Part shown: positions 39,589-52,070 of the stretch, one piece after another
How the letters are laid out: each line of letters begins with the position of its first letter
How positions within the stretch are numbered: position 1 is the first letter of the stretch
NCBI RefSeq assembly: GCF_036321535.1
Contig: NC_087436.1
Span: 56,732,001 to 56,796,000, forward strand
DNA length: 64,000 nucleotides
Direction: 5' to 3'
Source: Camelus dromedarius
Taxonomy: Eukaryota
The notes under the pieces: model-generated
The model's database searches: none
What the model was told of the DNA's origin: nothing
Seen by the model: the letters and a program-made list of their open reading frames with translations, nothing else
Program-made: the position numbers and the translations under genes

Positions 39589-39744
39589 CTTATTTACTTT
39601 TTGGGTAGGGAGGTAATCAGGTTTATTCATTTGTTTATTTGTTTTACTTACTTATTTATTTATTTATTGGCAGTACTGGGAATTGAACCGAGGACCTCGT
39701 GCATGTCAAGCATGCACTCTGTCGCTGAGCTACACCCTCCCACC
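39589..39744 (-). mobile_element. tRNA-derived SINE (camelid Vic-1-like) just upstream of a PDLIM5 acceptor
   Basis: Reverse-complement A/B boxes (ctgagcta; gggaattgaacc), (TTTA)n tail, TSD accaacacagccctttta (39571-39588) / accaatacagccctttta (39745-39762). Confidence 0.88.
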
Positions 39745-40613
39745 ACCAATACAGCCCTTTTAAAATGACCCAAAGTGGACATACATGCTTTGTCTTTCCC
39801 TAAGCTTTTCCTCTAAGGAACTAGAGATATTTAAGAACAGATTCACGAATCATCTAAACTGATGCTCTATATAAAATATGCATTTTTCACAAATATACAC
39901 CAACAAACTTATTTAAAGAATGATTTACTATGTTAAACATTATGCATGCAGTGAATAAAAGCATTTTATAAGTGCTTGCTACAATACATTCTGTCTTCTC
40001 TCAAAGGGTGTCAGGAAACATTAACTTGTAAAGGTTTCACAGTATTATCTTGAAAATGTCAGGGAGGAAGGGCAAAACATTTAAAAACTAAAACAAACCT
40101 ATACTTTGGTGCATGATGGAAGCAATAACTGCAACAGTGTAATCCAATCATGTTTAACACATGTTTAGGATTTTGGAAATCAGCTATGACTGTACTAAAC
40201 ACACATTCAAATGAGTGTCTAAAATTTGAACCATAAAGCATGGATTCTAGTCAACAGTGGCCCTGTGCTTTACATGTACGAAGTATCAAAGACTTGGGCC
40301 AGATTTTAAGTAGTAAAAGAAGTCTGGGGAAGGTGGTTTGCAAGGAATCATTTCTTTGAATTGAGAGGAGGAGATACAGCCATTAAAAATCATTTTTGAA
40401 GAATAGGTAATAACAGAGGAATTTACTTTTTCCACAATATTTATCACAAAAAAGAGGGTGCCATATACATAAAGCATAATTACAATTTTATAAATGGATT
40501 ACTTATAAGAAGCACATTGGAAGAAAGCGCATACTAAGGTTAACGGGAACTCTCTGGAATTGGTAAACATACAGGTCATTTTAATTTTATTCTTTGTATT
40601 TTTTGTATTTTCT

Positions 40614-40766
40614 TTAAAAAAAAAATACACACACACACACACACACATTTAGGGGGGTAATTGGGTTTATTTAATTTATTTTTAACGGAAATACTAGGGA
40701 ATGAACCCAGGACCTCATGCATGATAAGCATGGGCTCTACCACTTCAGCTATACCCTCCCTTCTAA
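40614..40766 (-). mobile_element. tRNA-derived SINE (camelid Vic-1-like) with (CA)n in its tail
   Basis: gggaatgaacccaggacctcatgcatgataagcatgggctctaccacttcagctataccc; TSD tttttgtattttct (40600-40613 / 40767-40780). Confidence 0.85.
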
Positions 40767-42292
40767 TTTTTGTATTTTCTAATTGTTAAAGAGTGAAATA
40801 TTTTTTGTAATTAAAAACACTGTCAAAATAAAATAAAGGGATATAGAATAAATTATTAGCCATAGAAAATGCCACAGTTCACTAATGAAAGACAAGAGGA
40901 AGAAATGGCAGTTATTTAGACCCAAAGAGATCACAATAAGCACATACAAGAAATATACATTCAACCAAATCATTTCCCAAGGCTTCTAGATATAGTCAGC
41001 TCTCTATCCAGGAGACAGATTACTATTCCTTCTTCAGCAGGCTATCAGACAACTAAAACACAATCCAGAGAATCTCTCCCTTTAGTGATGTTCTGGCCCA
41101 TGTCTGTAGCAGCGAGTTTAAGATTTCTATTTCCAAGAACCTCATTTGGTGCTTAGATTCTTACCTGACCTTGTTTTATTAATTATTCTAGAATCCACAG
41201 AATACATTTATCTACTAAAACAGTATTAATGTATTCTACCTATTAATTCTTTGTCATTTGGAAAGGTAACAGCCTGAATCATTCTTCTCTTTTGTTCTCC
41301 ACATATTGTATAAATTAATAATACAGACATATTCCATGTAGTATATTTATAATTTTTAAGTGTCCTCAAAATTTTAGGCCCATTTAAAGATGTATTCTAA
41401 AATTAAGACTGCTCAATAACTCATACTAACTCTTCTCTGAATTAATATGAATTAGAGTTTCATTATTATACTTTCATATTGAAACAGAACTCAGCAATGT
41501 CATTTCCAAAGTTTGTATGAGTTGTTTGAGTTTTCTATGAGTCCAGGACCTTGGCTGCTTCTAAAAGTAAAATTCTAACTCCTGGTCACCCATAGGAAAT
41601 GCCTTAACCTTACTTCACAACTGCAAATTGGGTATTCCAGAGTAGGACATTCATTCATTCATTCATCATTATTTATTATGTATCTGACTGCTAAATTACT
41701 CCTTTTGTAAAAAAAAAAAAAAAAAAGGTGGTTTGATTATTTTTCTATCACATGTATACTCTCATAAAACTGAGGTTATATTTTTAAACATTATATGTAT
41801 TCAAGAAAAATATACCATTTATAAGCTTCATGTTTTATATATTTCACGAGACCTGTGCCCTGTGCTTGAACCCTGACAAATGGGGAAATGCTGCTCTTAT
41901 AAAAGCGATGGAATTTAATTTAAAACAGGGAAGGTGTCGGTTCTGAGAACTCAAACGTGTGTGGTCCTGTGCGACCTCTTCATTCCTGAGCAAACAGGGT
42001 CCTGTTGAGGTAGCACACCCACAGTAAATTATTTTTTCCCCACAGCGTAGGTAGACTTTAACCAGACAAGCCAGTACTCAGTAAGACAAAACCAAAGACA
42101 ACTTAACCCCATGAGTCCGATATACTCCTACAGAGGCCTATTTAGTTTTGCTTTACAAAAATAAATAGTGATGAAAGCAAAGAGGAGATCAAGCAAGAAG
42201 AAAATAAAAAGTAAAAAGGATGGAAGGGTCTCATACCAAAAAACTGTTCTGCTTTAAAACTCACTCAGAATGAAAAGGTTTCCAGTACTTAC

Positions 42293-42473
42293 TCCAAGGA
42301 TCTTCCTTTGGCATCGACCACATTCAGGAGCAAAGAATTTCTCATAGCAGAGCTCACAATACAAGGCACCCTGTTCCTCTACAAATCCAATGTAGGCCAT
42401 TGTATTTTTGCAGTGAGCACAGTTAAATTCTTCTGGGTGCCAAGATTTCCCCAGTGCCACTAGGAATGGTCCC
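42293..42473 (-). CDS. PDLIM5: PDLIM5 coding exon (181 nt, phase 2 to 0): rest of LIM1 and start of LIM2
   Basis: Acceptor tcttcctgcag| and donor GGA|gtaagt. Encodes [60 protein letters not shown], in frame with the previous exon. Confidence 0.98.
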
Positions 42474-45208
42474 CTGCAGGAAGAAAAGAGATGAAGTTGA
42501 GTTAGGAATAAAAGTTTCTAGTTAGCCCGGATAGGACCTCTTTATGCAAATAATTAAATACTTGCTCAATTCTCCTTCTCAAGGACTGAACACTTGGGTG
42601 CTATAAATTTACATAGGAACTCTTTGCACATTGAAGTGAAGACAACAGGGAAGAGGAGTAAGAGCACTGAAGGGATTTCTTCAGGAAAGGCCATCCCTGC
42701 CCCCTGTTTTTCTGTCTTCAAGGGATTTGGTGGTTATGATTTTGAGCTGCAGTGAGTGAGTCTGTCTGCGTTATGATTATGACTGAGAATGAGAAGGTTA
42801 ACTGTGACAGATTATGAAGTAACCAGGAAAAAAATAAAAGGTTTAGGCAGAAATGAGTTTGACATTTCTATAAAATAAACAAAAGAAAAAAAAGTCTCAA
42901 TTTGGTAATGTCAGTCTTAAAAACAGTAATAAGTATTACCTGAGAAAGCATGAGTCAATTTCTCTCCCCCATATATTATTTCATATAGTACTTCTCAACT
43001 TTATTAAACATAGCAAATCCTTACCCTCTAAAATGACTACAGAAATTATAAACTGGGTATTAGAGATTATTTGAAGCAACTTAGAAAGGTTTTATTTAAT
43101 TCAAACATGACTGATTTTTAACGTACATTTGTATCAAGGTAAGAAATGTCTGTAAAGGAGATTTTTTTCCATTAAATACTATACAGCCAGGAACTGATAA
43201 GGTGGGTTTGGTTTGCTTGACAGGAATCCATTAAGAAGCTTTATCTAGTCATGAGGCCTGGGGAGATTAACCACCCTAGCCTCTGCAACATACTTTTCAG
43301 TAGCTACCTCACACTAATTCTTATTCAGAGTGGCTTTACCTCCAAGGCACTTTTACAGTTATCTAATTTGTCCATGAGACATTCCTGTGAGATAGACCAG
43401 GGCAGTTATTATGAACAGTTTAGCAGATGGAGAAGCTGAGATACAGAATGTTCAAAAGATATGACATGTATCATAAAATCACTGATTGAATGAAGGCCAG
43501 AAGCTGAATTTCCTGATTTATAGTATACTGCCTTAGTCAACTGATATTTTGCCTCTGATCTCATTACCATCAATTATCATCCTAATTAATTCTTAGTAAG
43601 CACAAGATACCTGGCCTTTAGGAAGATTATTAATGGGAAAAGGTCACCGTAATGAGCATGACATAGTTGAAAGTTTTTAGCCTTTGACAATAACATAAAT
43701 CTTGGTTCCCATTGGGGAATTCTTCACAAATACATTAATGTTTATTCAGAACCAGCACCTAATTCTGTAGGAGTCAAGAAAGTAGTAAGGCTCTTGAAGA
43801 ATGATTAAAATGTGTTCTGGGGGCATAAGGGGATATCTCCTAGCCCCATTTTTTATTAATTTGTTTCTTATTAATATGGTGCCATTTTATATAAGCTGGT
43901 GCATGCAGCTCTTAGCTTTGGAGACAAGTAGTTTATTATTATTATTTTTTTAAACTTTAGGATACTATTTTTGTCACTACTAACAAGGAATGCCTTTGTT
44001 AACTATTTCCTGTCAGAAAAAAAAAGTGCTACAGATCACTTATTCTATAACCAAATATGTTACTTTTGGTAGGCTGTCCCTCAATTTTTAACTGGTTTAT
44101 AAATGACAGTCCTACTTAACACCTCACTTCATTTTCTCAGTATGTATTTGGTAAGCAGTTTATCCTCAGAAATAAACCAAGGAATCATATAATGCTCAAA
44201 GCTAGACAAAGTTTTATGAATGCACTGAGCTTTTCCACCAGGTGGATGTCTTTGTGATGTGCGCTTGAAAAATCTACCAGGGTAAACTTACTGCAACCAT
44301 AACACAGAATTGTAGGGTTTTATGCTACCATTGGTCTGGACATTAAAGTAGATTCAAACCAGTCTCCGAGGGTAAATTTATTAGGGCACATCTTCAGCTC
44401 GTCCAGAAGGCTGGATGGCCCCTTGAGACCAGCATCCGTATTTGATGACTCAGTTTGGAAAAGAAGCCAATCTAACCTCAAATTCTGCATCCTGTTCAAG
44501 CCTAAGTATTAGCATGTACTTGGAAGGAAGAGTTTTCCTCTTGAAACTTGTCTATCAGTGCTACCAAATATTTAACAAAGTTCATCTGAGAAAAAAAAAA
44601 AAAAAGATGTTTAAGAACAGCTGACTAAGGAACATATAATCCATTGTCTAGACTTCTCTAAAATAAGTGTTGAGATCAACTCTGACCAGCAGAGAACCTG
44701 GAATCAGAGCAGACTGGGCCTGACCAATCCACAGATTGACCGGTGCTAAGGGTGACACCATCAGTTTGCACGGACAACAGCTCCACAAAATCCCCGAGTC
44801 TCCTGCAAGGTGCTGCTGAGAGCGCCTCTGTCAGATCACACAGGGCCGTTATGACATGGATTCTCAGGAGAAACTCCTTTCAGGTTTTTGTAACAAGAAT
44901 GGTTTTGCTTCTTCTGAGCAAGAGATTTATTCTTTTTATTATCTCACTGTAATTTAAAACATTTTCTTTTCTTTCTTTTTTTTTTTTTTGCAGACAGCTA
45001 AAAGGCTTAAAGCCAAATCCAGTCTAACCACAGCAAGTACATATGTCATTATCATCCAGTCTCAATGACAAAATTTTCTCCAGTCTTCATTTTTAATAGT
45101 CCCACCCATGATTTTCATCCTTCTTTTTCTCCTTTTTGTAATTAAAAGGTTTTCATATATTTCATGTATTCTTAAAAGTCTTTTTGAAAGCTTTCTGGAA
45201 TAGAGTAA

Positions 45209-45341
45209 GAAAGGAAAGGAAAGGAAAGGAAAGGAAAGGAAAGGAAAGGAAAGGAAAGGAAAGGAAAGGAAAGGAAAGGAAAGGAAAGGAAAGGGGAAAG
45301 GAAAGATAAGAAAAGGAAAGGAAAGGAAAGAAAAGAAAGAA
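45209..45341 (+). repeat. (GGAAA)n pentanucleotide microsatellite
   Basis: About 17 perfect units to ~45293, then a degenerate purine tail. Confidence 0.97.
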
Positions 45342-47069
45342 ATTTTCAGATATTTACTTAGTTTCTTTATCAAAGTTGAATAATGAAAGATCTTAATGAC
45401 AGTAAAGAAACTCCCTCTGCATCTTTACAAAGTGAGGTGACAATGACCTGGGCTTCTGCACAACCTGATATTCCTTGCTGAGCTGAAAGAGCATCTTCCA
45501 CATCCATGCCCTTGAAGTAGTGTCTATAGATGAAACAATAAAATCTCTTAGCTACAACAAAGTACTCTCTTCTGTGTCGGCAAGGGACTAATTAAAACAA
45601 ATTCGTTAATACAGGATTAACACTGAAGAAGCTCTTCTTGTTCCTGGTAGGACTGGGTTTCGGTCCGTGAAGTGAACAACAGGCTCGGGTAACTGCACAG
45701 AGGAGTGACGCCCTTGGCTGTCGGCTGGCTGCCCCTCTGAGGGCCCCGCTCCCCTTGAGCCTCCCTCACTAAATAACCTGCTGACTGACAAGGGAAGGGT
45801 GGGGGCCAGAGCTGAAGCCCTGACTGGCTGAGACAGAAGAGCCACAGCATGAAACCTTTTACCCTGTCCACCTTCCATGGCATTTATGCCAAAAAGAAAA
45901 CAAAAAAATTGGAAGGAAAGCAAGCGAAGGATGCTAAGGAAAGAATTCAGAGCAAAAGAAAAGCTTATTCGGAAAGGTAAAAGGAAATGCAAATTTCAAC
46001 AGGCACAGGTTAAGAGGGATTTCGCTTCAGAATCAAATGCTTACTTCTTGCCTCCTTTTGTTATTTAATTCTTACAATAACCCTCGGTGATAGAAATGAA
46101 CTCTACAAACAGATGAAGAAAACAGCGGAGAAGTTAGCCAACTTCTCTGAGATTATGAGGATGATGAACTGTGAAGCTGGAATCCTCCAAGGCTCAGCCA
46201 CTACAGATCAAAAATTTTTATTCAACCAAAAGTTACTGCATCAATAGAAGTTAAAAACAAAAGGAAACTAAAAACAATCAAAAGAAGTTAATCAACAAAA
46301 GTTAAAAACAAAGTCACATAAACAATAACATGCTCAAAATAAATATGAAAGCTGGTATTCTAATTAACTAGATATAATAAATAACAAAAATGTATTAGCC
46401 AGTTTTTCATTATGGTCAACTTTTAGGAAAGGCTTAGCCTGAGCAGTCTAAATACAATATAGCCAGAAGAATAGAGTGAAACAGAAGATGACAAATATAT
46501 ACACAGACACACGCAGGAAGAGAAGAAAGTAAAGGAGAAGGAAACACACAGTGACAAAGATTTAAGATTTATAAAGGTCAAAATCAGAAATATTAACAAT
46601 CATTCAGAAAATTCAGAAATACCATATTTTTGATGTCCTTAATTCTTCATTTCCAGCAGATTACGCCCAAAACTTTCCAGTTTAGAACATAAAAAAATAT
46701 AGTTCTACTTTCATTGTGTATAATTTCAATTCGCAGCCCTTTAAAATACTGCATTTAAAAGGTTATGAGGCCAACCATCGCTTTTTATTTTAAAGACATA
46801 AATGATTTATTCCTCAAGAACAAATGCACACGTAAAATGAGCCCAAACATAATAGTGAACAAAAAGAACAAGTTCTAAAAAAGGTAATATAAATTGATAA
46901 TTTATAGAAGTTTATTAGAGACAATTACAGTCCATGCTTTATACTAAAATTATTATAAAACTGGAAAAGCAAGAGAAATGTGATTTTATATAATAAGACA
47001 AATAAGTAGGCTATAATTTCATCTTGGCAAGACTACTATCACACATTCTTCCAAATGTTTTTAAAAAGT

Positions 47070-47770
47070 TAATTCATCAGCTGGTCAGTGATATGTGGCA
47101 GGCACTCTTCCAGGAGCAAGGAAGTTGTCAGGAAACAATGCCGGGAAAAACCCCTGCTCACATGGAACTGACATTCTAGGATGGGGATAGAGACAACAAA
47201 TAAGATAAAGAAGGAAGGACCAGAAGAAGGTGAAGGGGAACTATGCAAATATCTAGAGGAAGAAAATCCAAGCAAAGGAAGCAGCAAATGCAAGGGGCCT
47301 GATGAAGGAGTCCAGGGTGTCTGAGAAACAGCAAGGCCAGTGTGTCTGGAGTAGAAGAAACAAGGGGGAAACTGGCAAGTAATAAGGACGGCGAGATAAT
47401 GAGGTGGGGGTGACTGTATAGGGCTTTAGGCCATTAGGAGGATTCTGGCTTCTACCAAAAGCAGAGCCATTACCGGGTTTCAAGCAAAGGAGTGACACGA
47501 TCTGATTTGTGATTTCTCAGAATTACTCTAGCCACTGTGTTGATAACACACAGGTATAGGGCAAGGGCCAAAGCAGAAATATTAGTTAAAAAAACAACTA
47601 TATTATCCCAAGAATGACAATGATGTGGATCAGGACGGTAGCAGAAAGAGAAGTGTTTAGATTGTGGATGTATTTAGAACTCAAAGCCAAAAGGATGTGC
47701 TGATAGATCACATGAGGTCTGAGCAACTGTGAGAACAAAGCTAACACCTAACCTAGAAAGGGAAGAAGAC
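47070..47770 (-). mobile_element. L2 element, continuing at ~49545-50240
   Basis: cagcaaatgcaaggggcctga...aacagcaaggccagtgtgtctggagt...ttcaagcaaaggagtgacacgatctgattt. Confidence 0.75.
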
Positions 47771-47784
47771 TGGGAAAGTCCGCA

Positions 47785-48295
47785 TGGAAGGTATAATTCT
47801 AACACAGCCCCCAAGATACCGACCCTTTGGTGTACGAGGCTTGTATAATTCACCGCCCTGAGGTATGGGTGGGACCTGTGAATATGATGGAATATCACTC
47901 CTGGGATTAGATTACTTTATATGGTAAGAGGATAATACAGAGGTAACTGAGCTCCTTAATCTGTTGACACTGAGTTAATTCAGAGATATTATCCTAGGTT
48001 GGCCCTGGCCTAACTAGGTAAGTCCTTAAAATAGGCAAAAAGCAACAGCAGATGCTCTCCTGCTGGTCCTGAGGAAGAAAGCAGTCATACTGTGAACTAC
48101 TGAAGGATGGGGTGGACTCTGGGAGCTGGCTGAGGGCCTCAGACACAGCTGTGAGGAACTAAATTTGGTCAATAACCTAAATGAACCTGGAAGAGGACCC
48201 TGATCTCCAGATGACACCATGAATTCAGCCTGGTGAGATTCTGAGCAAGGACTCAACTAACCCATGGCCAGACTCATAACGCATAGAAACTAGTC
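47785..48295 (+). mobile_element. MLT1 (E/F/G-like) MaLR LTR
   Basis: gggacctgtgaatatgatggaatatcactcctgggattagattac...ctccagatgacaccatg...gattctgagcaaggactcaactaa. Confidence 0.7.
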
Positions 48296-48297
48296 AT

Positions 48298-49540
48298 TTG
48301 AGTCTTTGTTTTCTTGGTAGTTAAATTAAGCATTTGTCAATTGTGTTGATCTTTTCAAAGAAACAACTTTTGTTTTCACTGATTTTCTCTATTGAAAAAA
48401 GAATCTCTATTTCATTAATTTCCACTGTAATCTTTATTCTTTCCTTTTTCCTGCTTGCTGTAGGTTTAGTCTGCTCTTCTTTGTCTAGTGTCTTATGATG
48501 AAAGATTCTGTTACTGGTTTCAGAGCTTTCTTCTTCTTTATCTAGATGTTTGTAGCTATAAATCCCCTCTAAGCACTGCTTTAGCTGCATTTAATACGTT
48601 TTGGTATGTTTTTATTTTCATTCATTTCAAAGTATTTTCTAGTTTCCTTTTTTGATGTCTTCTCTGACTCACTGGTTATTTAGGTGTGTATTGTTTAATT
48701 TCCATGTATTTGTGAAATTCCCACATTTTTTTCTGTTATCAATTTCTAATTTCATTCCATTCTGATCAGAGTACATACTTTGTATGACCTCAATCTTTTT
48801 ACATTTATTGACTCTTGTTTTATGCCTTAATACATGGTCTGTCCTGGAGACTGTTTCATGTGCATTTAAGATGAAAAAAAATTATATATATATACATATA
48901 TATATTTTTATATATATACTTATATTTTCATTCTCTTGTTCCTAGATAGAATATTCTACAGATGTCTGTTAAATCTACCTAGTATATAGTGTTGTGGAAG
49001 GCTTCTAATTCTTGTTGACTTTCTAGGCAGTCACTGTATCAATTATTGAAAATGGCGTACTGAAATTTTCAACTATTATTGTTGAATTATCTGTATTATT
49101 CCCTTCTATTCTGCCAGTTTTTGCTTCACATATTTTGGGGCTCTGTTGTTAGATGAAAACATGTTTATAAATTGTTCTACCTTCTTGACAGACTGAACTC
49201 TTTATCACTATAAAATGTCCTTCTTTGTCTCAAATTACAACTTTTTTCTTTATACCTATTTTATCTGATATCAGTATAGTTACTTCAGCTTTCTTTTGGT
49301 TATATTTATCCAATGTATCTTTTTTCTATACTTTTACTTTCAACCTATTTGTGTCTTATAATCTAAAATATCTGTTATAGGCAGCATATAGTCATATCAT
49401 GATTTTTATCTGCTCTGCCCTTTTCTTTTAGAGTGTTTAATTTATTTACATTTAATGTAATTACTGATTGGGTAGGATTTATGAGTGCTATTTTATTATT
49501 TGTTTTCTCTGTATTGCATGGCTTTTTTGTTCCCTTTCCT
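48298..49540 (-). mobile_element. Old L1 ORF2 5' (endonuclease-region) fragment
   Basis: ORF 48321-48590 (-) gives ASRKKERIKITVEINEIE...KSCFFEKINTIDK and ORF 49375-49707 gives ITLNVNKLN, both L1 ORF2p remnants. Confidence 0.85.
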
Positions 49541-50629
49541 ACATAAAGGAGTGAAAGAGGAGTCAAGGTCATCAGCTGATCATGAGGATGGGGAAGAGGT
49601 ATTAGAGGTTTAAGGAGAAAGGAGAAGATACGAAATGGCTTTTGGGGAGAGTGCAGAAGTAAATGTACTAGAGAAATACAGCTGACTTTTGTCACTATTA
49701 AGAACATAGTTGAGATTAATAGTCATGACTTTATTAAGAACATACTTGAGATTAATAGTCATGAATTTAAACACTGGTTAGTATGGTTGTGGGTTTCTCT
49801 CCAACCATATCCATCTGCTCAGGTGCGGGCACAGAGATGACTAAGAGTTGATTTTATTCAGGCTAGTGCTTTAATTAAATGAATATGATGAAATGACAGA
49901 TGGGCAAAGGAACTAAGGGTGTATGTAAGGGGGTGATCATTAATTATAATGACAGATTTTGGAAAAAAAGAAAGTGAGGCTATTAGGACCTGAGGGACAG
50001 TTAAAAGGTACTTGGATCAATGAATTAAAGGTTGTTAGGTGGGGCCAGGGGATGGTCAAAGGATTGCTGGAGTTGAGGTAATAGCGACAGAGTGGAATAT
50101 AGGTGGTGGTTCTTGAAGTACAGTGGGATGTGTAGAAATGCGGTTATGGAGAAACTGTAGTTAATAGTAAAGACCAGGTCTAGGATATGACTGAAAATTG
50201 GTGACTGAAGCATGGATCACTAAAGCAGAAGATGTCAGGGAACTGAGAGACCTGGATATTAGAAAGATCATATATATAAATATTGAAATCACCAAGATGA
50301 ATTCCCATTACTAAAAATTTTCCTAAGGCAAGATTAATTTTTCAATTTTATAACTGTGATAATTTAGATACTTACAGATACCTCATGACTTTTCCCAAGT
50401 ACTATGATTCAGGACTCCTTACTATGGATAAATGGGCAATACGTATATATTACTTATATTACTGTAAGGGAACTATGTACCTCTTGTGACACTTACACAA
50501 CTACATTATGATTATCTGTGCCAGGTCTTTAGCTTCTTTATCAGATGATAAAGTACATGAAATCAGGGACTGTTGTTTAACATTTATATACTATGGTGCT
50601 AGTATGGCAACTTGCACTTAAGTTTTCTT

Positions 50630-50758
50630 TTTAAAGTATTTTCTAAAAATTGGGATATAATTGACATATAACATTGTGTAAGTTTAAGGTATGTGATGTG
50701 TTGGTTTGATATACTTATATATTGCAATATGATTACCACCTTAGCATTAGCCAACACT
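50630..50758 (-). mobile_element. Short L1 3'-end fragment
   Basis: gatataattgacatataacattgtgtaagtttaaggt...gattaccaccttagcattagccaacac. Confidence 0.75.
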
Positions 50759-50980
50759 TTATAAGTTTTTGACAGATATTTATTGTATAAAAGTACCATC
50801 TTCTAAGTACACTACTGAACTTCATTGCCTGCAATTTCTTTCAAATAAAAGTAATTGGTTGTTAAAGCTAGATAATCCCCACCTTTCCTCTTTCACCAAT
50901 AGGATTCTGGATGTATTTCTATTAGACTTACATTGACATGGCTGTTGATTTGCTTCTCTGTATTTTTCACTAGAGTGTAA

Positions 50981-51343
50981 CTGTTAGCTGGGTAGAACTG
51001 CCTTAACAAAGTACCACAGATAGGGTGGCTTAAACCACAGGAATTAACTTTTTCACAATTTTGGAGGTTAGAAGTCTAAGATCAAGGTGTCATTGGGGTT
51101 AATTTCTTCTGAGGCCTATCTGTTTGGCTTGTAGATGGCCATCTCCACCTGGTATTCCCTCTGCGTGTGTCTGTGTCCTAATCTCTTCTTATATGGAAAC
51201 CAGTCATAATGGATTAGGGCCCACCGTAATGACCTCATTTCACCTCATGAAGGCTCTATCTCCAAATACAGTCATATTCTGAGGTCCTGGGGATTAGGAT
51301 TTCAATGTATGAATTTCACTGGGACACAATTCAGTCCATAACA
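50981..51343 (-). mobile_element. MLT1A-like MaLR solo LTR
   Basis: ctgccttaacaaagtaccacagatagggtggcttaa...aagtctaagatcaaggtgtc...gggacacaattcagtccataaca. Confidence 0.85.
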
Positions 51344-51849
51344 GTACCCTCCTTAAGGGAAGGGAGTATGCCTTTGATTTCTGTATCGCTGGTACCTAGT
51401 GGAGATGATACATAAAATACTCAATGAGCATTGCTTATAGAATGACTATTTCTACATTAGATGAGAAATTGGAAAAGTGAACCTCCCTACTCCTGGGTCA
51501 CTTCCATGAGTCTAAGAATGCAAGTATGTGGTACAAAGTCATTTGGCAGGGAGGTAAGAAATTTTACCTGTTCAGCCTATTTATTATTTACTCCTTTCTC
51601 ATTTACACACTCTAACGTTACGAAGAAGAGTACACTGCCACACTCTTAAGTTAAGGCAGGTCTGCTTAAGCTGGTCCCCCCACCACCCTGATTTAATACA
51701 GTAGTATATATTCATAATATTTATTTTTATTATATATTAATATATAGGTAAATATTTTACTTATACAAAATTAGAATCACACTTTATTTAGAGTTCTATA
51801 TTTCTTTTTTTATCTTAATATAATACTATAACATTTTCCTAAGATGTGG

Positions 51850-52070
51850 AAGTTAAAATCATGAATAAAATTTAAAGTTAGATCTGGGCTCAAATTCAGC
51901 TTTACTGAATTTACTATTTATGTAACTTCAGCAAATATGTAACTTTTCTGTTCCTCAGTTTTCTCATCTGTGAAGCTGAGGCAACTGTAGTAACTGTCTC
52001 ACAAGGTTATGATAAAATTCTTAACACAGTATTTGGGACATGCTAGGAATACATTAAATAATTATTATCT
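51850..52070 (+). mobile_element. MIR SINE
   Basis: gatctgggctcaaattcagc...ctgttcctcagttttctcatctgtgaa. Confidence 0.65.

Noticed and set aside
45062..45373. 103-aa ORF with FPFLS repeats
   Set aside because: Artefact of translating the (TTTCC)n microsatellite.
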